Origin: Candidatus Cloacimonadota bacterium
Lineage (GTDB): Bacteria; Cloacimonadota; Cloacimonadia; Cloacimonadales; WRIO01
DNA length: 62,938 nucleotides
Reading direction: 5' to 3'
Assembly: GCA_029553545.1 (NCBI GenBank)
Contig: JAKPKU010000237.1
Location: 1 to 62,938 of the forward strand
The stretch's first letter is position 1, and each line of letters opens with the position of its first letter. A model generated the notes under the pieces. That model had not been told where the DNA came from, searched no databases, and saw only the letters and a program-made list of their open reading frames with translations. A program made the translations under genes and the position numbers. This document shows positions 58,629-62,938 of the stretch, piece after piece.

Positions 58629-60274
58629 TATTCATAATTAACTACGTTCAATTTTGTACAATCTTTGGAATACTTTATGTATATTGCCTCAATAGTATTA
58701 CCTTGTGAACTATTAAAAGATTCAATAACTTTTTCATAGTTGTTGAAAACATTCTTATGTTCATCTAATACACATGGTTTTAAAACTTTAAATACGGGGT
58801 ATGGGTTACCATCACCAAATGGCATAAACAAATTGTATAATTCGATAAGCTCTTCATAAACAGCATCATAGTATTCGAAAGTAATAAAATCATTTGAAGC
58901 AATATACTCATTTTTCTTCTTATTATGTTCTACATATTCATGGTATTGTTCGATAAAAGCACTAAAATTAGTCTTTTTTAATAAGAAACCTGCTGCCCTT
59001 GCATGTCCTCCATAATTTTCAAACAATTCAGACATAGTTTTAAAACAGCTTATCCAATTAAAATCACCAATACTTCGTGCTTCACATGCGATATTATTTT
59101 CATCTTTATCTATTAGCATAACAATTGGGCATTTATACTTACTCAATAATAAATTCGCTAATGTCCCAAGTATTGAATATGCAAGACTATTACTGTTATC
59201 ATAAAACACTATACTAATAATCTTTTGACCGTAATAAAACAAATACAGGCGATCGTCTATTGACTGAATACGATCATAGTTCATTTGTTCATCTATTATC
59301 TTTATAACGTGTTCATTTATATAGCTTTCATTAGTTTGCAATACTTCATTGTAATTGTTTTGTAAGCTAATTATTTCATTATACACATTTTCAAGATCTT
59401 CTCTCTTATTAGAATTTAAAAAAGAAAAACATAAGTGCTCGCCATTTTCTTGTCTGCCATAATAAAATAGTTTTACTGTGTTTAATAGAAAATCATATTT
59501 TTCATGACGATGTATTAAATATCTACTCTTTTCTAATAAATACTGTATTGCTGGGTGTGCTAAGGAAATATCCCAATCATGGATTAATTGTCTTATAATG
59601 AGTCTATTAATGCTCACTAATGGTACTCTGTCAGCGATTGTACCAATTGCAGCCCAAAACAAATAATCTTTTTTAAAATATGCTTGCTTTAGTTCTTGGC
59701 TCAATAAAAAAACAAAGAAGTAGGCTACACCAGCACCCGCAAGCATCTCGAGCGATATATTATCTTTGAAATACAAATCATTTTTTTCTATCTTTGTAAA
59801 CAACTTAGGATTGACAATTGAGTAGGCTTTTGGCACGATATCAGGTATAATATGATGATCAATAATAATCGTATCTATTTCCATTTTATTGAGCTTTACA
59901 ACACCCTCAATCGAACTCAAACCATTATCAATAGCAATAAAGAGATTTACACCGTTCTTTGCAGCATAATTAATTACATTAGAATAAATGCCATGATGCT
60001 CTATTTCTCGGTTTGGTATATAATAATCTACCTTATCATATGCTTGTTTCAAAAAATCATATAATATGAAAGTACCAGTTATTCCATCTGCATCGTCATG
60101 ACCGAATATTAAAATTTTCTCATCATTTTTAACAGCCTTAACAATTCGTTCTATTGCCTTCTCTGAGTGTTTTGATATCTCTTCAAGATTAACAAGATCG
60201 ATTTCTCCATCTAAAAAACAAATATCTTTGTTTCTGCTTTCATTAATAAAATCAATTACTTTCTTATAAATCAT
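58628..60274 (-). CDS. recJ: RecJ-like DHH/DHHA1 exonuclease
   Basis: GHDDADG, DNG, DHH, GTIADRVPL, GGHARAAG and PFGDGNP.P motifs, with a divergent middle region. Confidence 0.7.
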   Translation of the reverse strand: MIYKKVIDFINESRNKDICFLDGEIDLVNLEEISKHSEKAIERIVKAVKNDEKILIFGHDDADGITGTFILYDFLKQAYDKVDYYIPNREIEHHGIYSNVINYAAKNGVNLFIAIDNGLSSIEGVVKLNKMEIDTIIIDHHIIPDIVPKAYSIVNPKLFTKIEKNDLYFKDNISLEMLAGAGVAYFFVFLLSQELKQAYFKKDYLFWAAIGTIADRVPLVSINRLIIRQLIHDWDISLAHPAIQYLLEKSRYLIHRHEKYDFLLNTVKLFYYGRQENGEHLCFSFLNSNKREDLENVYNEIISLQNNYNEVLQTNESYINEHVIKIIDEQMNYDRIQSIDDRLYLFYYGQKIISIVFYDNSNSLAYSILGTLANLLLSKYKCPIVMLIDKDENNIACEARSIGDFNWISCFKTMSELFENYGGHARAAGFLLKKTNFSAFIEQYHEYVEHNKKKNEYIASNDFITFEYYDAVYEELIELYNLFMPFGDGNPYPVFKVLKPCVLDEHKNVFNNYEKVIESFNSSQGNTIEAIYIKYSKDCTKLNVVNYE

Positions 60275-61506
60275 TTGTACAATCCTATATCGTCTGGTTT
60301 AGGGATCTCCCTATGATCTTTCCTATTCAAAGGTTTTTTAAAAATATCAAAACCATTTGTTCCAATACTAAACATGATACCGTTTTCTTTGTAATCAGTT
60401 TGATTACTACTTCTATTAAAATATTTAACAGCAAAATCTATTCTTGCCTCACTTGATTTCACAGGTACTGAGAGCCCGTATGTCAAAGAAGTTTCACTTA
60501 ATTCGTGAGAGTTATTCTGGATGCTATTTAAAGGCATTGTTTGATATGCACCACCGATTCTTTGTGATATTTTCTTAAATTTCTTATTACTACTTTTATC
60601 ACCTTGATATTCACCACCTAAAGCAATTCTATATGTATCATTTGCATTATTATATGCATCGCTTTGGCTCCACATATCATAATCAATATCTGCAGCAATT
60701 GCAAGGTGATTATCGAATTTATAAGCCATACCAAAAGATGTTCTTAATGGCATTTCAAATGTATCAGAGCTGACTTGCTCATTAATAGTAACTGTTTTAT
60801 AATTCTGTTTTCCTTCAAGCTTTATAGGTGTGCATATAGCACCACCAATGGAAAAGTTTGGGTTTATGAGCTTTGAAAAACTTACAGTAAATCCAGGGTT
60901 TTTAAAAGATTGCTCGATTTCGTACTTTGGGTTAATCATATTATCATCATCAAATTCAACTTTAACATAGTCAACTTTATGCCCAAAAAGGTAATTAGCA
61001 GCTAAACCAAGATTAATTTTCTCAAATTTGTATGCATAAAATAAGTCAACTTGATATATCGAATTGTCTGCTTTTCTGATTTCTGAAAAACTACTTTCAG
61101 CACTATCATTATCACTTTCAGAAGTAAACTTGCCATTTGCAACAGATTGATAATTAAGCCCAATTCTGTTTTTATAGATAGGGACACTTATATTAAAAAA
61201 AGGTAAATATGAAAAATCTCCATTAAAAGAGGTATGGCTATTAGTATCTTTTGTATTGATAGAACCAAAATTAACGCCTGTAGAAAACATTGTGTAGTGA
61301 CTCTGGCAAGCAAGTGATGCATTTTTGAGGCTTGTATTCGGTCTTAATAGATTCCCTATACCAGTCCCACCCATTCCAAGTCCATAAACATCGCGCCCTG
61401 AATAAGTCTCTGGCATACCGTAATAGCTAAAAACAGACGTACTCATTAGCAAAATAGGCAATGCTGCCAATGTAAGTATAATCACAATTTTTTTTACCAT
61501 AATCAC
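60271..61506 (-). CDS. Outer-membrane beta-barrel protein (FadL/PorV-like)
   Basis: Signal peptide, S.YG and GMGG..N.A hatch motif, amphipathic beta strands. Confidence 0.7.
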   Translation of the reverse strand: MIMVKKIVIILTLAALPILLMSTSVFSYYGMPETYSGRDVYGLGMGGTGIGNLLRPNTSLKNASLACQSHYTMFSTGVNFGSINTKDTNSHTSFNGDFSYLPFFNISVPIYKNRIGLNYQSVANGKFTSESDNDSAESSFSEIRKADNSIYQVDLFYAYKFEKINLGLAANYLFGHKVDYVKVEFDDDNMINPKYEIEQSFKNPGFTVSFSKLINPNFSIGGAICTPIKLEGKQNYKTVTINEQVSSDTFEMPLRTSFGMAYKFDNHLAIAADIDYDMWSQSDAYNNANDTYRIALGGEYQGDKSSNKKFKKISQRIGGAYQTMPLNSIQNNSHELSETSLTYGLSVPVKSSEARIDFAVKYFNRSSNQTDYKENGIMFSIGTNGFDIFKKPLNRKDHREIPKPDDIGLYK

Positions 61507-61908
61507 CTCGATAATATATTAAATAAAACAAAAAAATACTATAACATTACAAAGTTTATTATTTTTTGTATTTTGTCAATTAAAATTATATTGTTCATTA
61601 AAAATACCATACCCAAAAAACTATTGAATGTATAATGATTACTTATTACTTGCCAGAGTATAGCTGATTGTATCAACATTTAATGTTTGTATATGTATTG
61701 CCCCAAAGAGCCTACTTTGAGTACAATATAATGATTGTTAGCGCATTTTATCTTTCTTCATGATCAAGGTTGTGAATACTTAATCTCACTATAGAAAATA
61801 AAACACATTTTTGAATAAAAATTGTTTGCCATAACCATCAAATCTCTTTAAATTATATTAATAGATAAAATGAGTTTTATTACTCAAAGTAAATATCTAT
61901 AATAAAGT

Positions 61909-61999
61909 CTCTTACATTCCCTTTTGATGCCCTTTAGTTTACCTTAAGTTCTCCAAGATAGGAATAGGAATGTCAAGGGAATGCGAAGGAAAAAGAAGG
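61909..61999 (+). repeat. Phased 11-bp inverted-array element, copy 3
   Basis: CTCTTACATTC/CCTTTTGATGC/CCTTTAGTTTA/CCTTAAGTTCT, core CCAAGATAGGAATA, then GGAATGTCAAG/GGAATGCGAAG/GAAAAAGAAGG. Confidence 0.85.
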
Positions 62000-62093
62000 A
62001 GGTTTTTGGTGAATATTTTGGATAAAAGAGCGAGTTTCGAGGTAATATATTTTTTTGTTTGTTTATTTGATAAAGAAGATATGGAGGATAGTT

Positions 62094-62672
62094 TTGAGAG
62101 TATATTTAAAGGGTGATCATAATTTTCCTAAGAGGATAGATGGCAATATATTAGCCTATTATGCTAATAATAATGTTGTGATAATGCGCAAGTCAGTGAA
62201 GAGGGCTATATTGCCACAGAATATTAATATAAAGAATAATCAGCCTTATCTTTGTGCCTTATGGAACGAGATGAGCCTTGGTATTAAAGCTGTATTTACT
62301 GATTATGCAAAGGCTTACAAGATAGATACCAGACAAAAAAGAACTCAAGGCGTCTCTTCATTTAGCATGTTTATTTATTTTTTATATAGATTACAGAAGC
62401 GCTATCAGGTTCAGATAAAGGATATGACTGTAAGTTTTATAATGAAAATTTTCAGTCAATTTAATACGATAAAAAAATTGATGAAGAACTCCCTTTTATA
62501 CTCCTTAAACAGGAGGTTTTCCTTACAAAATAGCAAGCTGGTGAAGAAAGAAAAACAACCTGAGTTACCACCAGAAGCCAATATAAATGAGTTTGATAAA
62601 GAAAAAGATACAAATGAGTGTGTGCATAATAAGAATAGCATTAAAGCCAAAGATGATGGGGGAATTCCATAG
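62094..62672 (+). CDS. Basic hypothetical protein directly downstream of the phased element
   Basis: GGAGG at 62083-62087 precedes an in-frame TTG at 62094 (MRVYLKG...). 192 aa, K/R-rich, no signal peptide. Confidence 0.65.
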   Translation: MRVYLKGDHNFPKRIDGNILAYYANNNVVIMRKSVKRAILPQNINIKNNQPYLCALWNEMSLGIKAVFTDYAKAYKIDTRQKRTQGVSSFSMFIYFLYRLQKRYQVQIKDMTVSFIMKIFSQFNTIKKLMKNSLLYSLNRRFSLQNSKLVKKEKQPELPPEANINEFDKEKDTNECVHNKNSIKAKDDGGIP

Positions 62673-62718
62673 CTTTTTTGTCTAATTATAAAGCATTTTA
62701 CCAATAAATAATAGTATT

Positions 62719-62938
62719 GAGAGCTTTGAATTAGAAAACAGACAATAAATATAGTTAAAATAATACTTGACAATAATATAGGGTATCATAGAATGGTATT
62801 AATTAAAGAATAAAAGAGGTGTTCAATGTCAGGTAGCTTTATCGATTCAGAAATAGACAGTATTGTTGAGAAATTCTCAGATGAACCAGTAATAAAAGTT
62901 TTAAAATTATTAGATTGGTCTCGAATTAATAAATTATC
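62719..62938 (+). mobile_element. Left end of an IS5-like insertion sequence with transposase start at 62826, truncated by the window edge
   Basis: Inverted copy of 1-140 with TTGACA-N16-TAGAAT. The ORF MSGSFIDSEIDSIVEKFSDEPVIKVLKLLDWSRINKL is open to the edge. The LxxLxDW pattern is typical of IS5/IS1182 transposase N-termini. Confidence 0.8.

Noticed and set aside
61600-61860. Possible pseudogene or riboswitch upstream of the OMP gene
   Set aside because: The minus-strand frames I translated contain stops with no recognisable protein motif, and no known riboswitch consensus was visible.
14098-61999. Dispersed repeats as CRISPR arrays
   Set aside because: The copies are isolated, with no repeat-spacer periodicity and no cas genes.
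1406-62773. Short antisense or nested ORFs in the track (for example 2156-2515, 44155-44586, 44729-44953, 49375-49791, 13745-13948, 51806-52033, 62456-62773)
   Set aside because: They are shadows of real genes, of rnpB or of repeats, or AT-rich intergenic frames with no motif or RBS support.
1-62938. Whole window as a composite transposon or linear replicon with terminal inverted repeats
   Set aside because: The content is core chromosomal (pyrG, rnpB, murI) and the repeats run into an outward transposase-like ORF, consistent with a contig broken at IS copies.

Overview
AT-rich, gene-dense chromosomal segment of an anaerobic, outer-membrane-bearing bacterium. The gene set (2-oxoacid:ferredoxin oxidoreductase, long-form urocanase, DHH-CBS-tRNA nucleotidyltransferase, geranylgeranyl reductase) suggests Cloacimonadota or a related FCB lineage; this is inference, not a database result. 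Most of the window is housekeeping: clc, cca, recO, pyrG, murI, pyrF, pyrR, pdxK, nadC, rnpB, tRNA-Arg(CCT), hutU, mltG, ruvX, rlmD. Both ends stop inside outward-facing copies of the same IS5-like element. No CRISPR array, rRNA, integrase or reverse transcriptase was seen. The most unusual signals are: (1) a 91-bp element present three times (14098, 25342, 61909), built of four 11-bp units, a CCAAGATAG core and three inverted 11-bp units, in exact register in every copy; (2) a 1.69-kb insertion at the 3' end of hutG carrying one of these elements, a diverged hutG tail, a diverged nonsense allele of a putatively WYL-controlled gene and a WYL tail, which looks like captured allelic DNA rather than a local duplication; (3) a module of an LRAT-like pseudoenzyme, a WYL regulator and an unknown target gene, with a GACA-N5-TGTC palindrome upstream of an extended -10 promoter; (4) a kinase-TM-LRR-TM-FGE fusion in an operon with a diguanylate cyclase; (5) an archaeal-style ferredoxin, GGR, polyprenol kinase and GT2 cluster; (6) three copies of a ~275-bp MITE-like repeat with conserved internal palindromes.
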